From the human T2T-CHM13v2.0 reference genome, Homo sapiens, in NCBI RefSeq assembly GCF_009914755.1, contig NC_060929.1: a DNA stretch of 64,000 nt; one strand, given 5' to 3'. Positions 13,763 through 29,616 of the stretch are shown here, piece after piece (the first letter of the stretch is position 1; the number at the start of each line of letters is the position of its first letter). The position numbers and the translations under genes are program-made. The notes beneath the pieces were generated by a model that worked only from the letters and a program-made list of their open reading frames with translations, was not told where the DNA came from and searched no databases.

Positions 13763-16700
13763 TTTAGTAATTGGGAATTACTAAAGCTATTCAGAGAAAA
13801 GAAACAAGAATTCCTAAGCCCCTTGCCTCCCTTCCAAACAAAAAGCTGTTTGTTGTTGTTGTTGTTGTTACTAACTCTTCCTGGTAATCTAAGGCCCATG
13901 TATGTCTGTGTAAATATTTCAGCAAAAATTAATATCAATAGACAGCAGTCAGGCTTGAAAGACTGTAGGTTTTTTATGTCATTTAGAAACACCATGTAGG
14001 GCAAATTAGCTTGGTTACTTACAATTGCACAAAACTAGAGGAGAGTGAGGATGCAGCAAGAGGGACGGGATTTGATGGATCCTGAAAATCTCATCCTGGC
14101 AGACACGTAAGGGCCTTTCACACACATGGGTGAAAATCAGGGATATAATAAACTGAATCTAATCTGACAATATGGTCAGAGATCAGGCTTGGAGATCAGG
14201 AGAGGGGGACATAGAAGAGGGGATACAGGAACAGGGAGAAAGAGCACCTCTCTGGAGGGGATCCAAAAGCAGCTGTAACTACTCCTAGTTACCTTGATCA
14301 GTTATTTCAGATAAATTATTTTGTGCCAATATGTTGGGACTGACTTGCAGTAGCTATAAGGCAAGAGAAAGCTATGCTGCCTGTCAGCCTTCCTGCTCTG
14401 TATTTGGCCTTGCAGAATATGGTCTCTGGTTGCCATTTGATTACTTGTCACCATATAAAGAATTGGCCACAGCTGGTAGGAAGGTAAGACCATAGACCCT
14501 CTCAGCCCCTTGCCCATTCCCCAATCTCTGAATTGGCTTCATCATTGTCTTCCAGCTGAGGCTCCTTTTCTCTAAGTCCATCTCCCAGTGAAATGCCCTC
14601 ACACAACTCAAACAGCCCTTTTCCCTCCCATGTCCCCAACAGAAATAGAAGTGTCAACTTGCCCAACAAACTAAGGGGAAAAAGTGAAGCCCCTGCCTAT
14701 TCTGCATGAACTTGATGTAACCACCCAAGATATCCCCATAGAAAAGATCCTGTTGGATGCCATATGCATTCTGTGTTCCTCATGGCCAGGCTAACAAGGG
14801 ATCTCAGGTTTTATGAGGTTCTCAGATGCTAATGGATTCATTCTTTCATCCCAACAACCAATGGATCTCCAGAGTTCTATACAAAATAACCAATCATCAC
14901 AGCTCTCACCACAAAGTAATGACAGTGCTTTGTACTTAGATACACCCACATAGGGTTCCCTTGTGAAACCCCGCATTTCATCGTTTTTAGAACTATGGCT
15001 ACCAAAAGTCAGCTTCCATAACATTATTCCTCTAAGATTTTTCAATATATCAGCCGTAATGCCCTTAATGGGGACCAGAAGTCTGACCCCCAGATCTTCA
15101 CTTGCTCAGTTCTCTATATAATTTTTCCTCTATTATAAAAGGTAGCCTCCCTATGTCTGCATCATAAAGAATTGGGAGTTTGGATGGAGGAAATACTGAT
15201 TTAATAACCCTGCTTGAAAGGTTAAAGTTCTTAAAGATAAATGGATTGCAGGAGGCAAAGCTGCATTCGCTGAAAACATAAGAGAGGCCAATAATACGAC
15301 AAGAAAGGTTAAAACGACCTTTTGCATGCATCATTTGGAGAAAGGAAAGTGCTAGGGCAACAACATTGCCAGTCTTCGAATTTTTTCTCTCCAGTAAGAT
15401 TATACACAGCTGTATGCATGGAATCTCAAGTGATTTCTCAACTTTCTCACTATCCCACCCAGTCTTATTTAAATGTTCAGAGTGAATTAACCATCCAACC
15501 AAACAAGCCACGTGAATCATTATGAAAGGATGAAATCTCCTCCATTGATTTCTGCTACCCAAAAAGAATGAACCGAGGTGATTCATATGCTGTTTTCAAA
15601 ATAGGAAATGGAATCAGAAAGTCTGGATCAGCACTTTTTCTTCCATTTAGCTTTTTTATTTCTGATATTCGTCATAGTCATAACGTTCAAACAATTTACC
15701 TGAAATGGCCATGGCAATGAAATCAATAGTTGCCATCCCTTCGTTTTTCCTGCATAAACATGGTTGTACTATTAACAAATTTGCCCAAGAAAATGAAAGG
15801 ATGTATTCGTGAGGTTTCATTCAATGATGTGTAGGGGAGTGGGAAGGTGATGAGAGAGGAGTTGACATATTAGTTTAAGTCAGCCATGTTTTCATGTCAG
15901 TTTCATGGTTGAGTCATTTTTCAATGACATTTAACTTCATAAATGTAATTCATGGTTCTTCAGGGGCTTATAGTACATATTGTTTGTAAAACTCCTTGAC
16001 CTCCTTTTTTATCCTTAGGGATAGAAATTGCATTCACAACCCTTTTTTGTCAAACCTACAGAGGGCCCAAGACTAAATGAGTTCTAATGATTTCAGCTGC
16101 CAGGGGGCTGATGTTTCGAGGCACATGGTACTTAGCTGGTAAAGGCCACTGTCCCCTTTTAAGTGTAACACTGTTTCTATTTATAAAGCTTCGTAAAATG
16201 CCATAGTCCCTCCTGCCTGCTAAAGGCTCTAAGGACGTGGCCACAAGAGCATCTTAGGAAATCGGAACCAAATTTAAAATTCATAGTAAAACTGCTCCTC
16301 TTGAAGTTTGAATTTAGTTATTCCATCCACTGCTGTAATTATATAGCACAAAGGGCATATTTACTGGTATCACTGACCAGAGAAAGGGTTAGCTCATATT
16401 TTTAGATACAATAAATGGTTTTTTTGATGGCATTCTAGTACCGGCGCTAATAAATCTCTGTGGATTTTCCTCCTTCCTTTATACTATAATTCAGGATAGA
16501 GAAGAGAGAGCTAATTTATCTGGAAGAAAAATGCCATTTTCATTTTTTTAGTGTATTACTTTTTATTATTTCATCCTTCTAAGAAAAAGATTGTGATTTT
16601 TTTTTTTTTGAAAGCTCCTAGCTGCTGGCACCTCACCAAACATTTTAAATGGCTAATTATAGGTTAAGAACAATTTTTGAAGCAATAAGCCACAAGATAT

Positions 16701-16932
16701 TTTTGTGTATATTTTGATTTTTCCTTACTAGAAATGGGGGCAGAGTGAAAAATTAGAATTTCAGAATTTCCTTTATTGGAACAATATAAACATGATGGGT
16801 TCTGAATGAATTTGTTCATAATTTACAGATCCCCAAATACGATTTTTTTTCAAAAGCAAGAAAGAAGTTGTTAGCACAATTTCTGCTTCCTATCGGTCCT
16901 TTCTCTACACAGGAAGTGTGTCCCATCAATGA

Positions 16933-17355
<423 letters not shown>

Positions 17356-17892
17356 GCCCTTTGCCTTCTATGTGTTCGATGCTTTCAGCTCAAGTTTACG
17401 TTCAGATGTGCTCCACCACCCTAAATGGAGCAAATCTGAAGGTATCAAATGGGCTTATGTCATCAGGAGTTATACTCCCCGAGACAATGAATTCAACTGT
17501 AAAGTGATAATAACAAGATTATGTAACATCATCATAAATATCTCCAACTAATAATAAGCAACCAAAATTCACCTTTGGGGGAGTGTACCCCTGATTTTTT
17601 TTTAATCACTGTTTTTCCCCATGCCTGAAACGGTTTTGAAATGACTTCCATATATAATACCTTCCTGAGAATATCCAAATGGGATCGTGAGAAATATCTC
17701 TTACCACTGAAAATTATTATTTTTGCCTCAAGGGAGGGCTGCCCTTTGGAAACTTCATGGAATATTGTGATTTCCAGTAAGTCCAAATTTCTCAAGTCTG
17801 TTGTCCCTCAGGACTAGTTAATTTGTGGCATGGATACTCTAAATAATGTCATATTTAGAGCCAATACGTCATCAGTATTAAAATACACCAAT

Positions 17893-18201
17893 GGCTGGGC
17901 ATGGTGGCTCACACCAGTAATCCCAGCACTTTGGGAGGCTGAGATAGGAGGATTGCTTGAGCCCAGGAGTTCACAACTAGCCTGGGCAACATAGCAAGAC
18001 CCCATTTCTAGAGAAAAAAAAAAAAACATAGCTGGACATGGCAATGTGTGTCCGTGGTCCTAACTAGTTGGCAGACTAAGGCAGTAGGATCACTTGAGCT
18101 CAGGTGTTCGAGACTACAATGAGCTATGATCATACCACTGCATTCTAGCCTGGGTGACAGAGCAAGACCCTGTCTCAGAAAACAAACAAACAAACAAAAA
18201 A
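17893..18201 (+). mobile_element. Alu (AluJ-like)
   Basis: ggattgcttgagcccaggagttc and gagctatgatcataccactgc (AluJ features); (CAAA)n tail. Confidence 0.9.
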
Positions 18202-19537
18202 GGCATTATTTTGTGCCCCATAGGGAAAGAAAAAAAGACACTCAGCATAAAAAATGTCTTAGGAGATCCTACAGAAAGCTGAGACCCTGAGGAATTATCA
18301 TCTGAATATAACAGTGAATTATTTAGAGACCAGAAGTCTTACATATTTCAATCTTGGCATTGTGGAAGGAGAGAAAACAAAATTTTCTGAGAATTTAAAC
18401 CATAAGACGGTACGCATACACAGGAAGGATTTAATAACACTGTCAGCGTGGTCCATAAAAACTTCAAGAATAGAATTCAAAGTGGTCTCAAGCTAGCTGT
18501 GCCCCCAGGTGATAGAAGAAGCAATCCTTTAATCTGGGCCAACAGGCCTGATTTGGAAGCCGTGAAAACGGGAGAAATATGTCTTAATCAAGTAAGGTGA
18601 TGATACATCCACATTTGTCTGATCCACAAAGCCATATCTGAGCCCTGTGCTAGACCACCATTTCTCATTCAAACCGTATATTACACAAAGAACCCTCTTC
18701 TCCAAATGACATTGCATCATTTCCTGAGAATACATAGGAATACATAAGAAAGCTGGGCTTCCTCTAAAAGGCCCTATTTATTCAACCCTTAGATTGAATG
18801 GAGGTCCCAGGTTTGATATCATATTCTCATGCAAAAAGTCCTGTCCTCAAGAACTGGCCTTTGCAGCTCGCTCCTCTCCTCACTCTGAGTTTATTCAAGT
18901 TACGTACTGGATGTATATCCACTCTATTAAGATGGCCAAACAATCAGACAGTGAAACAGGCAAGAACCACAATGACTGGACTCTGGCTATCAGCTCATCT
19001 GATTGACTGGTAGAAGGTCAGTGCCTCAGCCAGAGATAGCCATCCAGTCCCCTGGTGATTACCTGTAGGAAGGTGATCCCTTTTGGATCATTTTCACACC
19101 CAACTTCGCCTCTTCTATACTGCACATTTACTAACTCCTTCAGTGGGTGTGTGCTCAGAGAATGGATACTAATTTTAGACTTAGCCTAAGTGAAACCTCA
19201 TTAGGAAAGTGACTCATAAGTTTCATTGGTTTTCCTTTTCATCTTTTGTTACCTTTTGAAGTCAAGTATTAGTGAAGTTACAATGAGCCTCTCTACTTTT
19301 CTCTCTTATAGTGAGGGGCAATCCAGTTTGACGACACATGTAGAAACATGGCATATATTCACATTCCTATCGCAGATGCTCTGATATGATTCAGTCAAGG
19401 TCCTAATCTTTATAAGCACAAGATACTAAAGGTGGAGTGGCATCCTTCTATATCTGACTTCTAATGCTGCTTGAGAAATCCCCTTTTCGTTTCTCTTGTA
19501 TCTTCTTCAAGTTTGAGATTTGGTGTTTGACAAATAA

Positions 19538-20020
<483 letters not shown>

Positions 20021-21262
20021 TAGCTGGGGATAAGGGGACTTTGATGAATCACATTGTGTCTTTCTCATTCTCTTCTCCTCAATCGTGGAGTCTGTGATCT
20101 TTGAGAAACAAACAAAAAAGCACTGGGTTGGTACCATCACCGCAAATGCATGAGGAGCCCAGGAGGGATGCTTCCATTTGCATTATAGGTTTTCTTATGT
20201 ACATTCCCTAAAGGTACCAGAAAACAAAACAGAACATTTCAGCCCCAGACAAACTAAATGGAACATCCCATAAAACAGAAAAGGGGCTCCCTCGGGGTGC
20301 TGCGTGAACATGTTCTACAGCTCTGTAATACTCCAGTGACAGGAAAATAATGAAGTCGCGCTGTACACTTCATTTTCCTAAAATTTAGAGTATGTGTCTT
20401 CCCTCCAGAGTGACCTTAAAAATGGAACAGTTCAACAGTTCAAGCCAGTCCCAACCTTCCTGAGAAAGGTTCTGTTCACACTGACAAGTCCCTATCCAAG
20501 CAAGCGATCATTCCGCCCCCTTCCTCTGGGTAGTGAGACAGCTGTCAGATTGCCATGGCAATCAGGAAGGGAATAGACGTGAAGCTTTGCCTACAATGGG
20601 AAAGAAATGAATATTTCATTCCAAAAAGAAAAAAAAAAAGAAGAGTCAGTTAAAATGGGCTATTTTGGAATGTCTTCTCAGCCCACTTGACTCTGGCTTC
20701 AACTCTGTTGCTGGTGGTCCTGGCAAGGCCGTGCAGATGATGGGAGGAGGCAGGGGTCCTAGATCCAAAACCCAGTTATGCTACAGATATGCTGTGTGAC
20801 TTTGAGTGAGTCACTGGCCCCACTCCCCGGCCTGGTCTTCCTTCACCTGGCATGCCAAGCCACGCCTCCCTCAATAGACTGATGAAAGGATGAATGTCTG
20901 GCACGTGCTTGTCCTCGCGTGAGAGGTCTGGAATACCAGAGAGTGCATATCTGTCTGTCTGCCTCCTCCCCAAGCACAAAAGACTTTGAGCTCCTTTGAG
21001 AAAGAAGCTGTGTAAATGCAGCACAATTACAGCGGTCATTATCACCGCCAAGGTACCAATCTGGGTAACGGGGTATCTGCAGTCATCATGGGAATGGAGC
21101 AGCGGGGTCCCCAACTGACCTCTTGTGCTTGGTCAGTTCAGGCTGTCAGTGGGGGAGGAATCCCAGCTGACTAGAGAGTCAGGATCCGTACATGGATCTT
21201 TTCAGGTGGGTACTTCCCGGTTAGCTTTGCCAAACTGGTTGGAGTGGTCTCAATCTCTAGAA

Positions 21263-21449
21263 GAGTGGTTCTCACATTCTAGCGAGTATCAAAACCACCT
21301 GGAGGACTTGTTCCAACAAAATCTCTGAGTCCCATTCCCAGATCTTCTAATTCACTTGGTCCAACGAGGGCACAAGAGTCTACATTTCTAACGAGTTCCC
21401 AGGTGATACTGATGCTGTTGGTCCAGGGGCCACACTTTGAGAGTCACTT
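21263..21449. mobile_element. MER5A (hAT-Charlie) MITE with intact 8-bp TSD
   Basis: TIRs gagtggttctca ... tgagagtcactt. Perfect CTCTAGAA duplication at 21255-21262 and 21450-21457 (Charlie NTCTAGAN target). Confidence 0.85.
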
Positions 21450-21606
21450 CTCTAGAAAAAAAGATCTAACAATGAATTGATACCCAGCCAAGGAGAGACA
21501 AGCCTCCAAAGATGACAGAGCTGCTGGGCCTCGGGGCCTGCTCCAGGGGTCTGGGCCATGTGCGTGGTCTGGACTCCATGGAAGGTTTCACCAGCTGTGG
21601 TGTTGA

Positions 21607-21987
<381 letters not shown>

Positions 21988-23542
21988 TGAGGTCCCTAAT
22001 TGGGAAGGGCTTTTCCTTCTTTCCAGGATTCCGAGTTGAAAGGAAAGGGACCAGAGCAGATAAGAAAACCCCTCCAAACTTGCAATCTCAGGGAGGGAGA
22101 AATGCACATGCATGGGAAACTGTCGGTGTCTGGGGGTTGCAAGCACCTCAAATCACTGTGGTCTGCAACTCTCCCCTTTTTAAATCCTCTCTCAGCTGGC
22201 TGGATCACTGGATCCCTGCTTGCTGGCAACAAGGTGAACTCACTAATTTTAGGTCAGGTTAGACGCAGGCAGGACTCTCAGGTTCCCTCCGTAGCAGGTA
22301 CCACGGTAAGGTCCTGAGATTCCCCATCACCACCACCGTCATTACATGTCTCCTCCTCTGGTCCCATTTTATTCTCACTCAGCCACCTCTCTATAAAAGC
22401 TTCTGGACCAAGGATAATTTAAAGGTCATTTTCTTTGTTAAGAAGAAATAGTTTTGGAGTTTCTTCATTTTTATTTTTCTCTCTTTTTCGGCACAGTTGT
22501 GGTTTAGGGTAGGACTATACTGGATTAAACGTACCTAATCATCCCTTTGGTAGAGAAGCTGGGAGCCAATGCTGTTTGGCTTTGCACATCTCTCAGACAG
22601 TTGGGATGACAAAGTTGTCAACTTGAGCATCATTTTACCTCCGGTTTTTACTTTTGTTATTTAATTAGATCAAGCCTAGGATCCATTTTTATACTAAGCT
22701 GGTTAATCTACTTGCCTGCATGGAAATTCTCAAAGACGTTTCCAGCCAAACTACAGTTTGGCCCCTTGAAGTTACCTTTGATCCCAGCCATCAAGTTTGA
22801 GACCCTCCCCTCTGTCCCTGCCTAACAACCCCAGTCACAGATGGGCCACCTGGAGTGAGAGACAGGGCTAGGAGCTTGCGCAGGGCTGATTCATGAGATC
22901 AGACTCAATTTCCCATGCTGTTCATTTGGGTGGTTATACAGAGATAAAGTGGACTGACTCTGTATTCGATTTCTTCCGGTTCCATCTGATTGGGCATCCG
23001 AGGGGCAGCATGCCAATCAGGGCCACGACCATAGCACTGGGACCCTGCTGGGACAGTCTGTTGGCAGTGAATTGTTTTTGCAATCTCTCGATGACGCTCC
23101 AGGTCTTGCTCCCCTGCAGCCGCTTTTATCCTCAGTTCCCTGCAGAGTCTGAGGAATAATTCAAAAGACTTTCAGGGGACGGCTGTGCACAGCCCTATAC
23201 TGAGACAGTTCTTACAATAGCTTCCATTCATCAGGGGCATTCCTTTTGCTGTACTATTGCATGCCTGGTGTTATTTACATGAAGATTCCCCTCCCCATAT
23301 CTCCATTGCCCCAAATCCTCCCCTCAAAAGCTCTTGCCAATCATCAGCGTTGAGGTGGATAATCCTACTTTCTTTTAATTCACACAATCCAACCTCACCT
23401 CCCCTTTGCTCCCCCTTCCCACATCTGGGGGACAGAGGGGCAGGGTTAGTGTTTCCACAATGATGCCTGCTGGCTCTCTCCTACCTACAATCTGTCTTTA
23501 CTTTGGAAATAGCTCACAAGAGGGCAGTCCAGATGGATTCGA

Positions 23543-23868
23543 GCAGGAGTCGCCAAACTACGGCCAGAGGGCCAAATCTGGCCTGCTGCCTGTTTTTCCA
23601 TGGCTTGCCAGCTAAGAATAGTTTTTACATTTTCTAAGGGTTGAAAACAAATCCAAAGAAAACTATTTCCTGGCACGTGACAATGATACGAAATTCACAT
23701 TTCAGTGACCATAAACAAAGTATTATTACAGGACACCCACACCCATTCACTGATGCCTCGCCAGCTTCCATGCCACCTGTCAGCACTGAGTAATTAGGAG
23801 ACCGCATGGCCCACAAAGCTGCTTGTGTGGCCCGTTATGGGAAAAAAAAAAAAAAAGGCTAACTCCTG
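23543..23868. mobile_element. MER58B-like (hAT-Charlie) element
   Basis: caggagtcgccaaactacggccagagggccaaatctggcctgctgcctgttttt start and gagaccgcatggcccacaaagc near the end. Confidence 0.7.
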
Positions 23869-25493
23869 AATTGCACAAATCTTGATGGATAGAGGGGAGA
23901 AAAGCAAGGCAGGTCCACACCCCCATTAAGAAAAGGACACCAACTGTAGCTTGAAGGATCTGAGGGGTCTACTCCAGATATCGCAGAGTGGGAGTGGAGA
24001 AAAAACAGTAGATGTGCTGAAATGCTTCCGGGGCCCTTGAAAAAGAGATGGGAAGATGACAACTTTGGTCTCAGCAGAGAACAGCAAGGAATTGGCCAAC
24101 AAGAGAACATAGATGTTTCGGTCAAGCTAGTCCTTTGGGTGAGATAAGTTGGAAAAAAAGGTGTTTCTGCCACTTGAAGTGTTTGGTACAGGTTTCACAT
24201 CTTTGTGAGATGACATACATGAGTTCTTGAGAGACATTCAGAAAGTGTAAATTGATATGCCAGCTAAAGCTCCCAAAATGAAGAGAGTGCTGGTCCAGTA
24301 TAGTCTCTTGTTCAGAACGATGATCTCCTGTGACTTTAGAGTTTGTGCTCTGTATGTTATAAAGATCTTTACTACCAAAGCCTTTTCTTGTGAGAAATTA
24401 GGGCTCTGTGTCTTTATTAGTAGGACATGTGCCATCTCCTCATAGTTATGTTCACTGTGGTTTTCTCAAAAACAAAGCCAAGCATACCTTGATCAGTGAG
24501 ATTTGCCATTCAAAAACCAGAGAGATGTTCATACATGCATAATTGCATCTTTAGCTTTTCTATCTCCGGCCCCCAGAGCTGCTTTGGGGAGTTTTATTCT
24601 TCTAGTTTGAGCAGACACTTCTGTCATTTCATTTAAAGTAAATGCCACAATTTACAAGCCCAGCATCAGTTCTCCTCCTTGGGGATACTGACAGAGAGGA
24701 AATGGGGGCTCTTTGGTCCTTTCCAAGCACAGCCTCAAATGCTATATTTTGAAAATAGAAAATACAGAAAAATGACATGGTACCAAGTCAGCAAACAATG
24801 CATAGGGAAATTTTGGGTAAGGCAGAATTGTGGGAGTTAGTGTTGGACACTTGGGTTGTCTGCGACCTGTTTACAAAAGGTCATAGGTGGTTTTCTTGGG
24901 GTCATTGCAAATAGTCAACTGAACAATTCACATCAGTCCTTGTGGATTACATTTACTGTACTAAAAGGATCAAAAAGAGAAATGGGGAAAAAAGATGAGG
25001 ACACAAGGACAGACTTCTAAAACTTAGTCAGGTGGAAGCCCCAGGATCAGTCCATGTTTGGTTAATGCCTTTCTGGAATTTGCAACCAAATTATTTATAT
25101 TTGAAAATGTAGTAGAGATTGCTAAACATTTAAATATAAGGTATAAGACTTCAATGTTAACTGTTAGAGCTAACTTATTGACAGACTGGATTCTACCAAG
25201 CAATGACTGTTATATAACCTTTTCCTTAAAAGTTAAATATATGGCATGGCTAAAATCTACAGAATTGTGTAGATAAAAAATATACTTTGAATACATATCA
25301 GCCACAATTCATGTGTATCTTTGGAATATATTAGCATTTTTTGTATAGCGTGCAGTTTACTCTTATGACTAGCGCAGACGGCACATTGTGTGGCTAGAAG
25401 AGGTTTATTCTTTAAACATAATTTTAAAATGGGTTGTTGTTCCTGTCATCTGCCACCACCACCACCATCACCCCTTGTTAATACTGGGACCTA

Positions 25494-25775
25494 GGCCAGG
25501 TGCAGTGGCTCATGCCTGTAATCCCAGCACTTTGGGAGGCTGAGGTAGACGGACCACTTGAGATCAGGAGTTTGAGACCAGCCTGACCAACATGGTGAAA
25601 CCCTGTCACTACAAAAATTAGCTGGGCATGGTGGTACGTGCCTGTAGTCCCAGCTACTTGGGAGGCCGATGTGGGAGAATCGCTTGAGCCCAGGGAGGCA
25701 GAGATTGCAGTGAGCCAAGATCACACCATGGCACTCCAGCCTGAGTGACAGAGCGAGATCCTGTCTCAAAAAAAA
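25494..25775 (+). mobile_element. Alu
   Basis: Dimeric Alu; TSD AATACTGG(G/T)ACCTA. Confidence 0.9.
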
Positions 25776-27999
25776 TACTGGTACCTAACATCAAAAGGCC
25801 ATGCAAAGCCTGTAACACCAGGACATGGAGGAACTATAGAATGTGTGTAATAATAGATCAAAATCACTAAGAACTATATATAGTAAATGTAGATCAGCGT
25901 CTCATGAAGAGGTAAAGTAGATGTTAGCGTGTGTTAATGAGCAGAACAATTGGGCAAAATGCAAGAAGAAGCCAACATTTGCATTGCCGGGGAATCAAGG
26001 AGGGATGCTACATGCTAACTGTGGACTCTTGCAATTATCTCCTGAACATGGGCTACCCAGACATCTGCTCCGAATAATACAAACTAACCCGCAGACTAAA
26101 TCTGCCCACTCTGGGCACTTCCCAACCCTGAGTGAACTGTTTGATATCTGGGTAGTGAGTAAAGGCTGCAATGGTTATTTCAACTTGTGTATTTTATCTA
26201 TGTGGTCCTAACCTCCGATTTCATCTCAGAATCATAAGGGCTTGATTCCTAGGACCTTGTGAGGCTGAGTGACCTGCCCAGGTGCCACAAGTCAGTACAG
26301 TTTTCTTTTCCCTGTATCGCACTGGGCCCTTCTATTTTTCCTCTTTAATTGGTTGGGGAAAGAAATCGGTGCTTGTGATGTTAATAAGGAAAATGAATCT
26401 TTACCCAAGGTAAAACCAGCCGTGCGATGATCCGATGTGCTGATTAAGTGATTGTCATCAGAAGTAGACAGGGTCACAGTCCAAGAGGGAGAGTGCTTCA
26501 GAACAATAGGGAACAGGTTGAGAAGAAAGTGATTGTCAGAATTAACCAACTTCAGACTGAGGACAGCTGCTTCTGAATCTCATTCCAGTCTCATTCTAAG
26601 TTATGAAAACTTTTTTTTTCTTGTGGCTATTGTCCTTGAACACTTGAGCTTTCATGACTCTACAGTGAGATCAAGTTGAGATGAAATTAGCCACTGTGGA
26701 GCCATCCTTACCACCAGGCCTGTGGAATCAGCTAATTCTCTGATTGGTTAATTAACCTATTCCTCCAGGGGCTCTTATTAGAACTATCCTTGGAGTTCCT
26801 TTTTTTATTTTAAGTGAAAACCTAAAGCGATGGCCTTTTACTGATAAAGATTATGGATAAACTTTTAACAGAATGCAAAAGCTGTTCCATTGCTGATTCT
26901 CCCCCACCACCCCCCTATAATTTGGCCAAAACATGAGCTTCCTTACTGCAGATCAGGAGTCACCACATGCCCAGAAGTTCTTTTTGAGTCTGGGTCAGAC
27001 AGTCTGCCAGAGGTTTCCTATCTAATCCCAGAACAAGGACTGGGAGACAGACTTACAGAAACATGTTTTCACATCACTGCAAAAACATAAAAGGAAAGAA
27101 AATAACGGCTTTACAAGCAGCAAGAGTCTCATCACTGGAAGCATTTGCTTTCTTGTCCTAGACGTTGAAGGGCTTTCAGCATCAGTAGAAACATAGACAA
27201 GATAGACACAAACTACATTCTAACTTTATGACTCATCATTCTGTAGTTTAGATGGAAGCATTTTTTTGTATTTTTATGTGATTTAGTAATGTCTGCTCAT
27301 GTTATGAGCTCCCATCAAAAAAGAAAAGAGGAGAAGAATTCTTGGTGTTTTAGCTCTGTGGGGAGACAGTGATTTGTGTCGTACTCTGCGCTGTTCCCTT
27401 ACTGTTTCAGGGGAACTGGTTTGATGGACTAGCTTGTGGCTCACAGTGATGGGGCCAAGCTTGCTGAGTCAATAGCTTGATATAAGGTATTCCTTTCTGA
27501 CTTCACCAGAGCAAAGAATTGAACAGTTTGGAACTCTTGCAACATAAACTCATGGATGAGAGTTAACACAAGTAAGATTCCAGGCTCAAAGAAAGGGGAC
27601 CATGTAATAAGAGCTATTGAAAAACATGGGATGCATTGTCCTAATGTATAGTGAGTGTTCTGCACTTGAGCTTTTATAGAGAATCCACGTGCCTTCCAAG
27701 TCTGTGACTCTGGGCTTTCACAATACGCACTAAAGATTTTCCATCAAAGGAGAAGGGAAAACAAAGTGGTTCCTGGAGAGCTGAGCTCCCTTAGATATTT
27801 GTGATGGACATCTTTCTTATCACTTGGTAGCCAATTCATTGTGGTATCATGAACAGTAGACTGGCTGATGAAGGAGGACATCTGTGTTCTAGCTTTGACT
27901 CTACCATATACATTTTGTATATCCTGGAGCAAGTCACCAAGCCTTCCCGACCTCAATTTCTCCATGTGGCAAATGAAAGGGTTGGATCACATCATTGCC

Positions 28000-28280
28000 T
28001 TCCAGGGCATGATACACAAACTTGAGATGCTTTTCATTGGTGTACAAATATACCTTATTGAATAGTCATGTAGGGCTTTTTAAAATAGATACAGTATTAG
28101 GAAAAAATATAACTAGCACATCAAACTGATGATTATACAGCTATTATTGCTTAGGGAGGGGGCAAAAGTAGGTAGTGATATTAGGCCTGAGTAAATTTAA
28201 AGAAAAATATTAAGTAAATAGTACAGATATTGCAAATGTCATAAATGCAGCGTGTGATTGACTGAATTTAGAACACATTT
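28000..28280. mobile_element. MER103-like hAT-Charlie remnant (next to a MIR fragment at ~27850-27990)
   Basis: aaatataactagcacatcaaac...aaatagtacagatattgcaaa...gactgaatttagaacac resembles the recalled MER103C consensus. Confidence 0.45.
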
Positions 28281-28750
28281 GAATGAGCTGATCTCTAAGG
28301 ACCTGTCCATTTCTAGGATTTCATTACTTTTGATGCAGAAACATATGAATGGGTTATTCTAATGCAATCAAGCCTTTCTCTCTTCTGTAAGGCAGGTTTT
28401 CAATGTAGGCTCCCATAATATACACTAAAGACTTTACATTCAAGGGACAGATACAGCAGAGTGCTGCCCAGCTGATGAGGCATTGTTGAATTATTGAGGA
28501 TAGTGAATGGAGCTTTTGTTGTTTGTTTGATTGTCTGCTCACCTCAGCTCCAATTTATATCTGGTTTACCTAGGGAATCTTTTGTACATTGAAAAACTTC
28601 CTTGCATAAGTTGAATCATCAGGCCCCACTTCGTCCATTTATATTTTTTAATAAAAAGAAAAGACATGGCTCATCCATCCACGTCTGCTTCACTTGAATC
28701 CAGAGAAATGCAAGCATGATAACAGAGTTTTTAAGAACACAGGATTTTGT

Positions 28751-29059
<309 letters not shown>

Positions 29060-29262
29060 TAGGCTCTTGTGTCATTCTACCTGAGATTAAATCCTGGTAG
29101 CTTTTCTAACCTTTATGTGTCTCAGTTTCTTTGTCTGTAAAATGGGGGATACCAAATAGCACCTATCTCACTGGGACATATGTAAAGTACTTGGCACAGT
29201 GCCTACCATAAAGTAAGAGCCAGATACATGTAAGCTGTTATCATCATCACCATCATTGTCTA

Positions 29263-29616
<354 letters not shown>

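Noticed and set aside
13495-14004. 169-aa K/R/E-rich ORF and its hydrophobic + strand mirror
   Set aside because: Produced by the CT-rich low-complexity tract.
15098-15586. 162-aa ORF (and the 166-aa ORF at 47450..47950)
   Set aside because: No domain-like pattern, no splice context or codon signal; lengths are compatible with chance in intron DNA.
22282-22305. Possible 24-nt in-frame microexon (GSLRSRYH) ending at ACG|GTAAGG
   Set aside because: The acceptor lacks a polypyrimidine tract and has several competing upstream AGs; too weak without RNA data.
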